Source: Candidatus Omnitrophota bacterium
GTDB lineage: Bacteria; Omnitrophota; Gorgyraeia; 2-02-FULL-51-18; JAGOUK01
Reading direction: 5' to 3'
DNA: 64,000 nt
NCBI GenBank assembly: GCA_047639455.1
Contig: JBLINS010000001.1
Coordinates: 179-64,178, forward strand
Shown here one piece after another: positions 1-8,815 of the stretch; within the stretch, counting starts at the first letter, position 1; the number at the start of each line of letters is the position of its first letter. A model generated the notes under the pieces. That model was not told the origin of the DNA. It saw only the letters and a list, made by a program, of their open reading frames with translations, and did not search any database. A program made the translations under genes and the position numbers.

Positions 1-571
1 AGAATAAATTGATTCACGCACTTTGGGGAGGTAATATGACTTCTATCAAATTAGAAATTATAGAGCTTAAATTTGAAGGGGTCTGTCCATGATGCGCTTG
101 GTGACGTCAATTGAACACACTTAAAATTATAATAATTATTGGCTTCTTTGGGGTGTTGTGTGTTGCGTCGTTTGGAGTGGTTTCATAAAGGGGTCAAATC
201 GTAATTTGGCTACATTAACGCTTCGCGTTAAAGTTTTTGTAGAAGCGAACCGATTCCAAATAAAAAAGCGACCGTATAAATGGTCGCTAAACTCTAATGG
301 GTTACCTAGCGCCATCCAGGCGCAACTACCACGATCATGCAGTGATCGTAAGACTCAATCTTCATTTTCCAGTTATTTTTAGTTGTGGCGAGGCGCAAGA
401 ATTTTTTATGCGTGAGCAGTATTGATTTATACGCGAACGCTTCAAAAATTAGCAGCAACGAAGCCACAGTTAAAAAAAGGAAAATGGTAGTGAGTGTGCG
501 ACGAATAAGGAGCACGTGCTACGAACGGGGCCGAGACAGTGAGGCCCCAATTCTAAACCGCTTCCACCATA

Positions 572-607
572 TTAAAAAAGGCGACCGTAAAAACGGTCGC
601 CTTTTTT
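572..607. terminator. bidirectional intrinsic terminator hairpin immediately 3' of tmRNA
   Basis: GGCGACCG-taaaaa-CGGTCGCC stem (580-601) flanked by A6 and T6. It sits at the centre of a roughly 70-bp perfect palindrome (556-625) that includes the tmRNA 3' terminal nucleotides. Confidence 0.65.
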
Positions 608-611
608 AATA

Positions 612-1037
612 TGGTGGAAGCGGTGGGAATCGAACCCACGTGTCTACGAACCTCACCTATAGTCTCTACATGCATAGTCGCTCATTTAATCTCACATCAA
701 AGATCTCCGAGCGACAGGATATCGATGATGCCAGCCCTCTTGAATTTCACTCAATAAAGAAAAGGCACCTTTATAGAGCTAACCCGCTAAGTTACGCCAG
801 ATTTCCTGCCGCAGGTGGTCAGAAAGTGACGATGGCTAGTTTATATAGCCATTGGACTCATTACAGGAAGGCGAAAAGCTGGAACCTGAAATGAGTTAAC
901 GCTTGTTGTTTTGGCGTTTATGTTTGTGTAAGGTGTTTTTTTACCCGAGGGTAAATCCGCGAACGGAGAGAGGCCTCCTTACAACCTCTGCATGGCCACT
1001 ATAAGAACGATAGCACAGATCGATACCAGTCGCCCCC
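612..1037 (-). ncRNA. ssrA: tmRNA (transfer-messenger RNA)
   Basis: Minus-strand transcript reads 5'-GGGGGCGACUGGUAUCG...GUGGGUUCGAUUCCCACCGCUUCCACCA-3'. tRNA-like T-arm (GGUUCGAUUCC) and an acceptor stem with a G3:U70 pair (Ala identity). The 3' end is UCCACCA. About 426 nt. A hairpin with UAA in its loop (AUGGCUAUAUAAACUAGCCAU) resembles the stop-containing helix 5. The tag reading frame is not resolved with certainty. Confidence 0.8.
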
Positions 1038-1226
1038 ATATGGAGTAGTTTTGAGTATACTCTAAATAATGCTATTTTTCTAGCTTGAGGTCTGAAGAGA
1101 ATATTTATTCCTAACCTTTTCCATGATTAGTGCAAAAAAATCTCAGATTGCTATGTATTCGTATATCTTGTTACAATAACGGCTTATACATATTAAGTAA
1201 TATAAGTAGAGAATTGGTGAATAATT

Positions 1227-2255
1227 ATGAGTTTTGAATATATACAAAGAATCCCACGCGTTGAAGAAATCAAAGCTGAGATTCCTTTATCGAATGAATT
1301 AATGCAAGTAAAAAAGCAATATGACGCAGATTTGAAAAAGATCTTTTTGGGCGAAGATGATCGATTTTTGCTCATTATAGGCCCATGTTCGGCTGACAAT
1401 GAAGACGCGGTCATTGATTATATGAACCGTTTGCGAGGTGTTTATGAGCGCGTCAAAGAAAAGATTTTTATTATTCCACGGGTTTATACAAATAAGCCTA
1501 GGACCACAGGCGAAGGTTATAAAGGTATGGCGCATCAGCCCGACCCGAATGATAAACCTAATATAGTTGAAGGTCTCAAAGCTATTCGAAGAATGCATGT
1601 TCGAGTATTGGCCGAATCCGGTTTTGCCTCTGCCGACGAAATGTTATACCCAGCTAATTATCCCTATTTAGAAGACATATTGGGTTATGTCGCTGTTGGT
1701 GCTAGATCTGTCGAAAATCAACAACATCGCTTGACTGTGAGTGGATTCGATATTCCTGTCGGTATGAAAAACCCCACTAGTGGCGACTTGACTGTGATGC
1801 TCAATTCTGTCCAAGCGGCACAATTACCACATGAGTTTATTTATTCTGGCTCAGAGGTCAAAACTTCAGGCAATCCATTGGCACACGCAATTTTGAGAGG
1901 TGCCTTTAATAGCTATGGAGTTAATGTCCCTAATTACCACTATGAAGAGGTTGATTGTCTCATGGGTGAATATGTTAAACGCGGATTAGAGCATCCAACG
2001 ATTATTGTTGATTGTAATCATGCTAACTCAGGTAAGAAATACAAAGAGCAGCCTCGTATTGCTAAAGAAATTCTTAATAGTCGTCGTTATTCTGAACAAT
2101 TCAATAAGATGGTTAAGGGATTGTTAATTGAGAGTTATATCGAAGGTGGTGCTCAAAAAGTTGAAGAGGGCACTTACGGTAAATCAATCACTGACCCTTG
2201 TTTGAGCTGGGATGATTCAGAGAAATTAATCTACGAATTAGCTGAATTACTTTAG
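1227..2255 (+). CDS. aroG: 3-deoxy-7-phosphoheptulonate (DAHP) synthase, class I
   Basis: 342 aa. Motifs GPCS...VIDY...RVYxxKPRT and KxxCNHANS are typical of AroF/G/H-type DAHP synthases. Confidence 0.85.
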   Translation: MSFEYIQRIPRVEEIKAEIPLSNELMQVKKQYDADLKKIFLGEDDRFLLIIGPCSADNEDAVIDYMNRLRGVYERVKEKIFIIPRVYTNKPRTTGEGYKGMAHQPDPNDKPNIVEGLKAIRRMHVRVLAESGFASADEMLYPANYPYLEDILGYVAVGARSVENQQHRLTVSGFDIPVGMKNPTSGDLTVMLNSVQAAQLPHEFIYSGSEVKTSGNPLAHAILRGAFNSYGVNVPNYHYEEVDCLMGEYVKRGLEHPTIIVDCNHANSGKKYKEQPRIAKEILNSRRYSEQFNKMVKGLLIESYIEGGAQKVEEGTYGKSITDPCLSWDDSEKLIYELAELL

Positions 2256-2323
2256 GAGTTAAGGCGGACGTTTCTAATAACTTAGATAGCAAACGTATTT
2301 TAATCGTTGATGACGATGAAGTT

Positions 2324-2674
2324 ATGGTTAGATCTATCCAAGAAGTTTTGGAATCAGAACCCGATATTAAATATGAATTCGATCACGGCTATGACGGCCA
2401 AGTGGTTGAAGAAAAAATCCAAAGTTTTAAGCCCGATATGGTGATTGTGGATGTATTAATGCCGCATGTGAATGGTTTTCAGGTATGTAAAAATATCAAA
2501 GCCGATAAACAAGCAGAATCTATCAAAATAATTGTCATATCTAGTTTAATGTCCAGGTCTCAAAAAGAAAATGCTCTATCATGGGGTGCGGATTATTTTT
2601 TAGCCAAACCTTTTGATGGACATGTATTAAAAACTCAGGTTAAGAAGTTGTTATTACCAGCAGAAAAACTATAG
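2324..2674 (+). CDS. single-domain response regulator (CheY-like receiver)
   Basis: Receiver-domain pattern (ILIVDD ... D..MP..NG ... K). The in-frame receiver N-terminus (SKRILIVDDDEV) extends upstream to 2279 with no ATG/GTG/TTG, so the true start is probably non-canonical. Confidence 0.7.
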   Translation: MVRSIQEVLESEPDIKYEFDHGYDGQVVEEKIQSFKPDMVIVDVLMPHVNGFQVCKNIKADKQAESIKIIVISSLMSRSQKENALSWGADYFLAKPFDGHVLKTQVKKLLLPAEKL

Positions 2675-2682
2675 GACAATAT

Positions 2683-3318
2683 ATGACTAATCCAATCCGA
2701 CTATTAAACTTATTCACAATCTCCATAATCGCCACTTTTTTATGCACTAATTCATCATTCGCGTCTTCAGAGCCTATAGGCAAGCCGATTTTAGTTAAGG
2801 CTTCCGGACAAGTTTTTGCAGGCAAAACTTTAGTGGACAAAGCGACTGAGTTACCTTTGATATTGAGAAGAGGCGACACGGTTGTGACTGGGCCTAATGG
2901 CAATGCAGAAGTGATTTATAATCAAGTCGTGGGTATGCACTTAGCTCCTAAGACAGTTATCACCATTTCTAATTTTGAACGCGGGGATTATGTTGCACGA
3001 ATCATTAAGGGGAAAATATTGTTTAATTCTCCCGAATTGCCTCAGAATTCAAAGTTCACTGCTACAGCTTATGGAACAGAAATAGAGGCGCGTGGTGCAC
3101 ATTGGTGGGGTAGTTTTAAATATAATACTGATGAAATGAAATTATTAGTTCAAGATGGTGAAATATTTGTTAGGCATTTTGAATCTGGTGAGAATTTTAG
3201 TCTATTGGATGGTCAAGCTGCCGAAATATTGAGCGATCATCGCGTGAGACACCGCCCAGCCAGAAAACCCGAATTAAAACCCCTAAAATTAGCGGTATCC
3301 ATACCAACCACAGTATAA
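2683..3318 (+). CDS. secreted FecR-domain protein
   Basis: Signal peptide followed by a FecR-like beta-rich region (GDTVVTGPNGNAEVIY ... TVITI). Confidence 0.55.
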   Translation: MTNPIRLLNLFTISIIATFLCTNSSFASSEPIGKPILVKASGQVFAGKTLVDKATELPLILRRGDTVVTGPNGNAEVIYNQVVGMHLAPKTVITISNFERGDYVARIIKGKILFNSPELPQNSKFTATAYGTEIEARGAHWWGSFKYNTDEMKLLVQDGEIFVRHFESGENFSLLDGQAAEILSDHRVRHRPARKPELKPLKLAVSIPTTV

Positions 3319-3322
3319 AACT

Positions 3323-3745
3323 ATGAATTCAACCGATGGCGCCTCGCCCATGTTACGTTTGTGGGCCAAAATCATAGATCGCTTTATCGTGCCACTACCC
3401 TTTATTTTAATATGGGTTATAGGTGATATGGCGGGCGCGCTGACGAATAGTATGGTTATCATTATTTTTATATGCGGCGTGATTGTTTTTGGGGTGCAAA
3501 CGTATTTATTGGCCACTTGCGGCCAGACTTTGGGTAAAAAAGTATCCGGCATTCAAATTATTGCGCTAACAACGGGTCGTGATCCTTTCGTAACTAATGT
3601 ATTAATTCGTTCCTGGTTTAATTTTATTCTTTGCCTAATACCAGGCTATTCAATTATAGATAGTTGTTTTATATTTGGATCTGATCGACGATGTTTGCAT
3701 GACATTTTTGCTCAAACAAAAGTTGTTACTTTGTTAAAGAATTAG
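3323..3745 (+). CDS. RDD-family membrane protein
   Basis: Three TM segments and a C-terminal ...DRRCLHDIFAQTKVV motif typical of the RDD family. Confidence 0.6.
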   Translation: MNSTDGASPMLRLWAKIIDRFIVPLPFILIWVIGDMAGALTNSMVIIIFICGVIVFGVQTYLLATCGQTLGKKVSGIQIIALTTGRDPFVTNVLIRSWFNFILCLIPGYSIIDSCFIFGSDRRCLHDIFAQTKVVTLLKN

Positions 3746-3841
3746 CTTGGGTTAGATTGCGAACAGCAACGAAGCAATCCAAAAGTAATAGTAACCTTTA
3801 GATTGCCGCGTTGCTGCTACGCGCGCCTCGCAATGACGGGC

Positions 3842-4039
3842 CTATCCGGGTGCGCGTCTTGGATCTTCGAGCAAGAGTTTTAGCTCCATATCAGTGGCGC
3901 CAAAGTCTCGCGCGATGCGAACCAATTGCTCGCATTGCTCATAAGCCTCATTTAAAAGGGCATCTCTTAAATAAAGCAACGCGGTCATTTTGACCGGATG
4001 TCTCTTCCAGATCTTATTATTCGGTTTAATTGCTTTCAT
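3842..4039 (-). CDS. small hypothetical protein (about 65 aa)
   Basis: Internal ATG of the 3842..4216 ORF, preceded by a strong SD (aaaaGGAGGaagtATG). The C-terminal codons lie inside a dispersed repeat element. Confidence 0.4.
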   Translation of the reverse strand: MKAIKPNNKIWKRHPVKMTALLYLRDALLNEAYEQCEQLVRIARDFGATDMELKLLLEDPRRAPG

Positions 4040-4067
4040 ACTTCCTCCTTTTTGGTGTGTGAACAAA

Positions 4068-4112
4068 AAAAACCCATTATCAAAATTAATATTTTGATAA
4101 TGGGTTTTTGGT
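4068..4112. terminator. bidirectional intrinsic terminator
   Basis: aaaaaaCCCATTATCAAAATtaatATTTTGATAATGGGttttt perfect hairpin with flanking A/T runs. Confidence 0.6.
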
Positions 4113-4395
4113 AAAAAAATTGTTTTTAAATTAGTTAATTTATAATTTTCCTCGCAACCCATTATCCAATGGAATGTGTTTTGTGCACATGCACCATAGA
4201 GCGCACGTATGCACATTCACGGCACCCAATAAGGGTGCTGCTATAATATATTCTGATTTGGATTGTTTGAGTTGTTCTCTATACATTTTTATACCTTGGA
4301 TATATTCTAAGACCAGGCCTTATTGGAGTCAAGTTTTCATTCAAAAGATAGGATTACTCTGATATCATAAGTGTTCACAAAAAAGGGGTATAAAC

Positions 4396-5496
4396 ATGGC
4401 TAAGTTGGACGATATGCTTAAGAAAATAGTTGAACTAGGAGCTTCAGACCTACATTTTTCATCTGATATTGCCGCTATGTGCAGGATAGATGGATCTATG
4501 CAGCTTTTGGAAGAGGGGTCTAAGCCTATACCACCCAATGAAATGCGTGTGTTTTTGAAAGAAGTTTGTACTGAAGAAGCGTGGGCTGAGTTTGAAGAAA
4601 CTCATGATACTGATTTTGCTTATGAAATTGCAGACGTTGGTAGATTTCGGGCCAATTATTTTTATGATAATCGTGGTCCCGGAGGTGTTTTTCGCGTCAT
4701 TCCTTCCAAAATTCCGACGGCTGAAGAGCTTAATCTACCCAAGTCTATTCTAAGATTCTGCGAATTACGCAAGGGTTTGGTTGTTGTGACTGGTCCGACA
4801 GGTAGTGGCAAGTCAACCACCTTGGCCGCCATGATGGATCATATATTAAAAACGCGCACTGACCATATCATCACAATTGAAGATCCTATTGAATTTGTGT
4901 ATCCCAGTGGTAAGAGTTTGGTTAATCAGCGGCAAGTTGGTAAACATACGGGTAGTTTTAAGCGCGCTCTACGCGCGGCATTGCGTGAAGATCCGGATAT
5001 TGTACTGGTTGGCGAAATGCGCGATTTGGAAACAGTCGAAATAGCTATAGAAACAGCGGAGACAGGCCACTTGGTTTTTGGTACTTTGCATACAACTACG
5101 GCCTCATCGACGATTAATCGCATTGTTGATCAATTTCCGGCTGATAGACAAGCTCAAATTAGAACGATGCTGGCTGATTCTCTAAAAGGTGTGGTTGCCC
5201 AAAACTTGTGTAAGAAAGTAGGCGGTGGACGTGTAGCAGCGCTCGAAATATTAGTCACTAATTTGGCGGTTGCAGCCAACATTAGAGAAAGCAAAATTCA
5301 CGCTATTGCTAATGCCATGCAAGTCGGCAGGTCTATAGGTATGCAAACATTGAATGATCACTTAATGGAGCATGTACAGAATAATTTAGTCGAGCCAAAT
5401 GAAGCTTATAGCCGTGCTGCGGATAAAAGTGATATGCAAAATAAACTTAATACGGCTGGTTTTGCTGTTGATGCCAGCGGGCTCAATGAAGCGTAG
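4396..5496 (+). CDS. pilT: type IV pilus retraction ATPase PilT
   Basis: 366 aa. Walker A GPTGSGKST and PilT/PilU family signatures (ITIEDPIE, GEMRD.ET). No pilB/pilC nearby, so it is an orphan. Confidence 0.85.
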   Translation: MAKLDDMLKKIVELGASDLHFSSDIAAMCRIDGSMQLLEEGSKPIPPNEMRVFLKEVCTEEAWAEFEETHDTDFAYEIADVGRFRANYFYDNRGPGGVFRVIPSKIPTAEELNLPKSILRFCELRKGLVVVTGPTGSGKSTTLAAMMDHILKTRTDHIITIEDPIEFVYPSGKSLVNQRQVGKHTGSFKRALRAALREDPDIVLVGEMRDLETVEIAIETAETGHLVFGTLHTTTASSTINRIVDQFPADRQAQIRTMLADSLKGVVAQNLCKKVGGGRVAALEILVTNLAVAANIRESKIHAIANAMQVGRSIGMQTLNDHLMEHVQNNLVEPNEAYSRAADKSDMQNKLNTAGFAVDASGLNEA

Positions 5497-6475
5497 TCTC
5501 ACAGTCCTTCTATTGGGACTACTAAGCATTAGCAATATAGGCTCAGCTAATGCCGAAATGGTTGCTCCAAATGATTTTGGGGATAGGCACTTATTAATTT
5601 CTCGTAATGCAAGCCTAGCCTTGAAGCTCAACCATCCCAAGGACAGGGCTGAGGTTGTTCTAAAAGACCTGACGAATAGATTGCGCAAGCGTCTTAAAAA
5701 AGCCAAAACACCACAACAAATCATTGATGCCATGGCTTGGGTTGTATTCAAGGACGCCGGATTTGAAGCGGATTTTAGCGCTGCGGCTAATGCTGACTTA
5801 GATAATGTTTTGTTTCACCGAGTTTTGGAGCGAAAAAAAGGTGTTTGTATGAGCCTGAGCTTAATATACATAACATTAGCACAACGTTTGGACTTACCTA
5901 TATACGGCGTGTCCGTACCCGACCATTTTTTTGCACGTTATGACGATGGCGTGACACAGATTAATATAGAAACTTTAAAAAATGGTCAAATTGTTGGCGG
6001 TGATGACATTTATCGCCGTGATTTTTATATACGTGACGGTGAGCCATTTTATATGGAAAATTTGAGCAAAGAACAAACAACGGGTGTTGTGCTTTCGAAT
6101 TTGGGTGCTATATTTTTGAGAGAAGATAGGGCTGGAGATGCTATTTATTTCTTAGAAGGCGCTAAGTCGCTTAACCCTACAGATGTTGAGTCTTATACTA
6201 ATTTGGGCATGGCGTATTCACGCGCTGATAGATACGATGATGCCAAGCAAGAGTTTTTGGGTGCGGTGGCATTAAACGGTTATGATGATAAGGCCCATTA
6301 TCAATTAGCGAACCTTTTTTATTCTGAGCAGAACTATGAATTGGCGATTATGCATTATGATCAATCCTTGAGATTAGGTCATATTGTTGACTATGTTTTA
6401 TTACGTGCATTAGAACCTCACCGAAAGGATAGTTTAGTCAAAGCAGCATCACCCGATGGTGCAGGCATTTCTTGA
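5486..6475 (+). CDS. secreted transglutaminase-like / TPR protein (SirB1/YchA-like)
   Basis: An internal ATG gives a signal peptide MKRSLTVLLLGLLSISNIGSANA. Transglutaminase-like core GVCMSLSLIY..LAQRL.LP..GV..P.HFF, and C-terminal TPR-like repeats. The ORF-track start 5399 overlaps pilT and is unlikely. Confidence 0.6.
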   Translation: MKRSLTVLLLGLLSISNIGSANAEMVAPNDFGDRHLLISRNASLALKLNHPKDRAEVVLKDLTNRLRKRLKKAKTPQQIIDAMAWVVFKDAGFEADFSAAANADLDNVLFHRVLERKKGVCMSLSLIYITLAQRLDLPIYGVSVPDHFFARYDDGVTQINIETLKNGQIVGGDDIYRRDFYIRDGEPFYMENLSKEQTTGVVLSNLGAIFLREDRAGDAIYFLEGAKSLNPTDVESYTNLGMAYSRADRYDDAKQEFLGAVALNGYDDKAHYQLANLFYSEQNYELAIMHYDQSLRLGHIVDYVLLRALEPHRKDSLVKAASPDGAGIS

Positions 6476-7053
6476 AAAACAAACCACCCAAGCGTCAGTT
6501 TTTTGATTCCAAATATATATCCAACGAAAAACGTCAGTCGACTCTCTTACTTTGCATTCTCATTTGGTCCATTATTGTCTATTTAATTTGTAGCCAATGG
6601 GTTCTAGGTTCTATTAGCATTGATGGAAACAGCATGTCGCCAACTTTAGCGCATGGCGACTTTTATATTTTTCATCGTTGGGTCTATAAGATCAAGAAGC
6701 CTAAGCGAGGGGATGTGGTTGTTATCAAAGATCCTAATGATGGCATTATTTCGATCAAGCGCGTCATAGGGCTACCGGATGAAATCATTCAATTCAAGAA
6801 CTCTTCTGTGTATATCAATGCTCATAAGCTTAAAGAGCCGCATTTGGGTGTCGGCCAAGTCACGTCCCCAGGACGTCTGACAAGTAAGCAGTACAAAATT
6901 GCACCCAATGCTTATTTTGTTTTGGGTGATAATCGTAATGAAAGTTATGATAGCCGCGATATAGGTGCCATTAGTCAGCATTATGTATTAGGCAAAATCA
7001 ATCATGCTACTGAAGAGGATTGGATTACCAATAGTTTAGATGCCCAAAAATAA
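6472..7053 (+). CDS. lepB: signal peptidase I
   Basis: S26 motifs GNSMSPTL, KRVIGLPGD-like (KRVIGLPDE) and YFVLGDNRNES.DSR. Confidence 0.85.
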   Translation: MKNKPPKRQFFDSKYISNEKRQSTLLLCILIWSIIVYLICSQWVLGSISIDGNSMSPTLAHGDFYIFHRWVYKIKKPKRGDVVVIKDPNDGIISIKRVIGLPDEIIQFKNSSVYINAHKLKEPHLGVGQVTSPGRLTSKQYKIAPNAYFVLGDNRNESYDSRDIGAISQHYVLGKINHATEEDWITNSLDAQK

Positions 7054-8533
7054 AGCCAATCAATATATCCTTGCCCTAGATTGTGGCACAACAGGTAATC
7101 GAGCCATTATTTTTGATTCGAAGCTTAGAATCAAGGCCCAGGCCTACCAAGAATTCACACAATATTTTCCGGAGTCAGGGTGGGTTGAACACGATGCCGA
7201 AGAAATATGGCTCTCTGTTAAAAAAGTTATTAAAGCAGCGCTTAAAAAATGCCCACAAAATAAGTTAACGAGCATGGGTATAACGAACCAAAGAGAGACA
7301 TTGGTGATTTGGGATAAACAAACAGGCCAACCCGCTATGCGAGCCATTGTTTGGCAATGTCGCCGCACAACTGACTTATGCATGCGAATGAAGAAAAAAG
7401 GTTTGGATAAAAAGCTGCATCAAAAGACGGGTTTATTTTTGGACCCTTATTTTTCCGGATCCAAAATTAAATGGGCTGTCGAAAAATACCCCAAATTAAA
7501 ACAAGGTTTGCAATCAGGTAGGCTTCTACTCGGCACAATTGATACTTGGATTATCTGGAAGCTAACTCAGGGCCAAAGTTATGTAACTGACCCGACGAAT
7601 GCATCGCGAACATTATTATTTGATATACATAAGGGAGCCTGGGACAAGGATTTATGTCGACTATTTAAGGCACCCATTAAGTATCTTCCGAGTGTTTTGC
7701 CATCATGTGGTATTTTTGGCAAAACATCTAAAAAAACCATCGGCATCGAACTCATAATTGCAGGGGTTGCCGGAGATCAACAAGCTGCTGCGTTTGCTCA
7801 AGGATGCTCACCTCAAGGCGTTGTTAAGAATACCTATGGCACGGGTTTGTTTGTTATGGCGGATACGGGTTTTAGGGCCAAGATAGCACCTGATTTAGTG
7901 ACGACTATAGCCGCTTCAGATAATAAACGCCTTAAATACGCTATTGAGGGATCTGTATTTGTAGGCGGTTCTGCCATTCAATGGTTACGAGATGGATTAC
8001 AAATTATTCAATCAGCTAGCCAATCCGAATCAATCGCTAAACAATTACCAGATAATCAAGATTTGTACTTTGTGCCTGCATTGGCGGGTTTAGGCTGTCC
8101 ACACTGGGATCCTAATGCAAGAGGTTTGCTCATAGGTATGACGCGTCGCACCAATCAGGCTCATGTGGTGAGAGCTGCATTGGAATCGATGGCTTATCAA
8201 ACGCGTGATGTTTTAGAGGTGCTTAATCGCAAACTCAAATTACCTATTAAGCGTTTAAGGGTTGACGGTGGAGCTGCAGCAAATAATTGGTTAATGCAAT
8301 TTCAGGCTGATGTCTTAGGTTGCGAAGTTGAACGGCCCAAGATTATCGAAACGACCGCTCTTGGAGCAGTAGCCTTAGCTGGTATAGCCAGCGGGGTTTG
8401 GAAAGATCAAAAAGATTTTTTAACCCACATTAAAATAGACAAAGTCTTCAAGCCCAAAATGACGGCTACCCAACGTAACCGCTTATACGCCAAGTGGACT
8501 GAGGCCGTTAAACGCTCACTCAATTGGGCTTAG
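7040..8533 (+). CDS. glpK: glycerol kinase
   Basis: 497 aa. FGGY family; ALDCGTTGNRAIIFD, NQRETLVIWDK and GTIDTWIIWKLT are typical of GlpK. Confidence 0.9.
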   Translation: MPKNKANQYILALDCGTTGNRAIIFDSKLRIKAQAYQEFTQYFPESGWVEHDAEEIWLSVKKVIKAALKKCPQNKLTSMGITNQRETLVIWDKQTGQPAMRAIVWQCRRTTDLCMRMKKKGLDKKLHQKTGLFLDPYFSGSKIKWAVEKYPKLKQGLQSGRLLLGTIDTWIIWKLTQGQSYVTDPTNASRTLLFDIHKGAWDKDLCRLFKAPIKYLPSVLPSCGIFGKTSKKTIGIELIIAGVAGDQQAAAFAQGCSPQGVVKNTYGTGLFVMADTGFRAKIAPDLVTTIAASDNKRLKYAIEGSVFVGGSAIQWLRDGLQIIQSASQSESIAKQLPDNQDLYFVPALAGLGCPHWDPNARGLLIGMTRRTNQAHVVRAALESMAYQTRDVLEVLNRKLKLPIKRLRVDGGAAANNWLMQFQADVLGCEVERPKIIETTALGAVALAGIASGVWKDQKDFLTHIKIDKVFKPKMTATQRNRLYAKWTEAVKRSLNWA

Positions 8534-8572
8534 TAATATTATAAATACATAGCTGGATTACTGTAGTGGCGT

Positions 8573-8810
8573 GTGAACAAGCGCGTCACCCTGAGCCACG
8601 CCTGCCTGCCGGCAGGCAGGCGAAGCAAGTGGCGTGAGGATCTCACAAAAATAGTTTGTAATAGTCAGCTATCATTAAGTTTAAAAGCATTCTGGTGGAT
8701 CCTTACAGCTCTTGCTCCGCAGAGCTTCACGATGACGCTATCATCTTTCAGCTACACAGAATTTCACACGCATGCATTCCTGCTGAGACGCCGAGCACTT
8801 CACTAATGAT
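8573..8810. repeat. dispersed intergenic palindromic repeat (MITE/REP-like family A plus a GCCTGCCTGCCGGCAGGCAGGC palindrome)
   Basis: Contains ...GGCGTGAGGATCTCACA... and aaaagcATTCTGGtGGATCCTTAC...CACGATGAC modules. These recur at 11155-11290, 25700-25845, 39640-39705 (inverted), 58040-58145 and 54135-54200. Confidence 0.7.
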
Positions 8811-8815
8811 TTAAA

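Noticed and set aside
158-894. ORF-track entries 158..382(+), 306..515(-), 385..609(+), 640..894(+)
   Set aside because: The first three overlap each other in a repeat- and hairpin-rich non-coding region with no RBS. 640..894 lies on top of the tmRNA gene on the opposite strand.
1038-1226. Promoter assignment for ssrA and aroG
   Set aside because: Several AT-rich -10-like hexamers are present, but none has convincing spacing to the tmRNA +1. I could not support a specific call.
3811-4362. ORFs 3811..3993(+), the long form 3842..4216(-), and 4174..4362(+)
   Set aside because: Mutually overlapping. The only element with a convincing SD is the internal start at 4039 on the minus strand. The rest spans a terminator hairpin and a promoter region.
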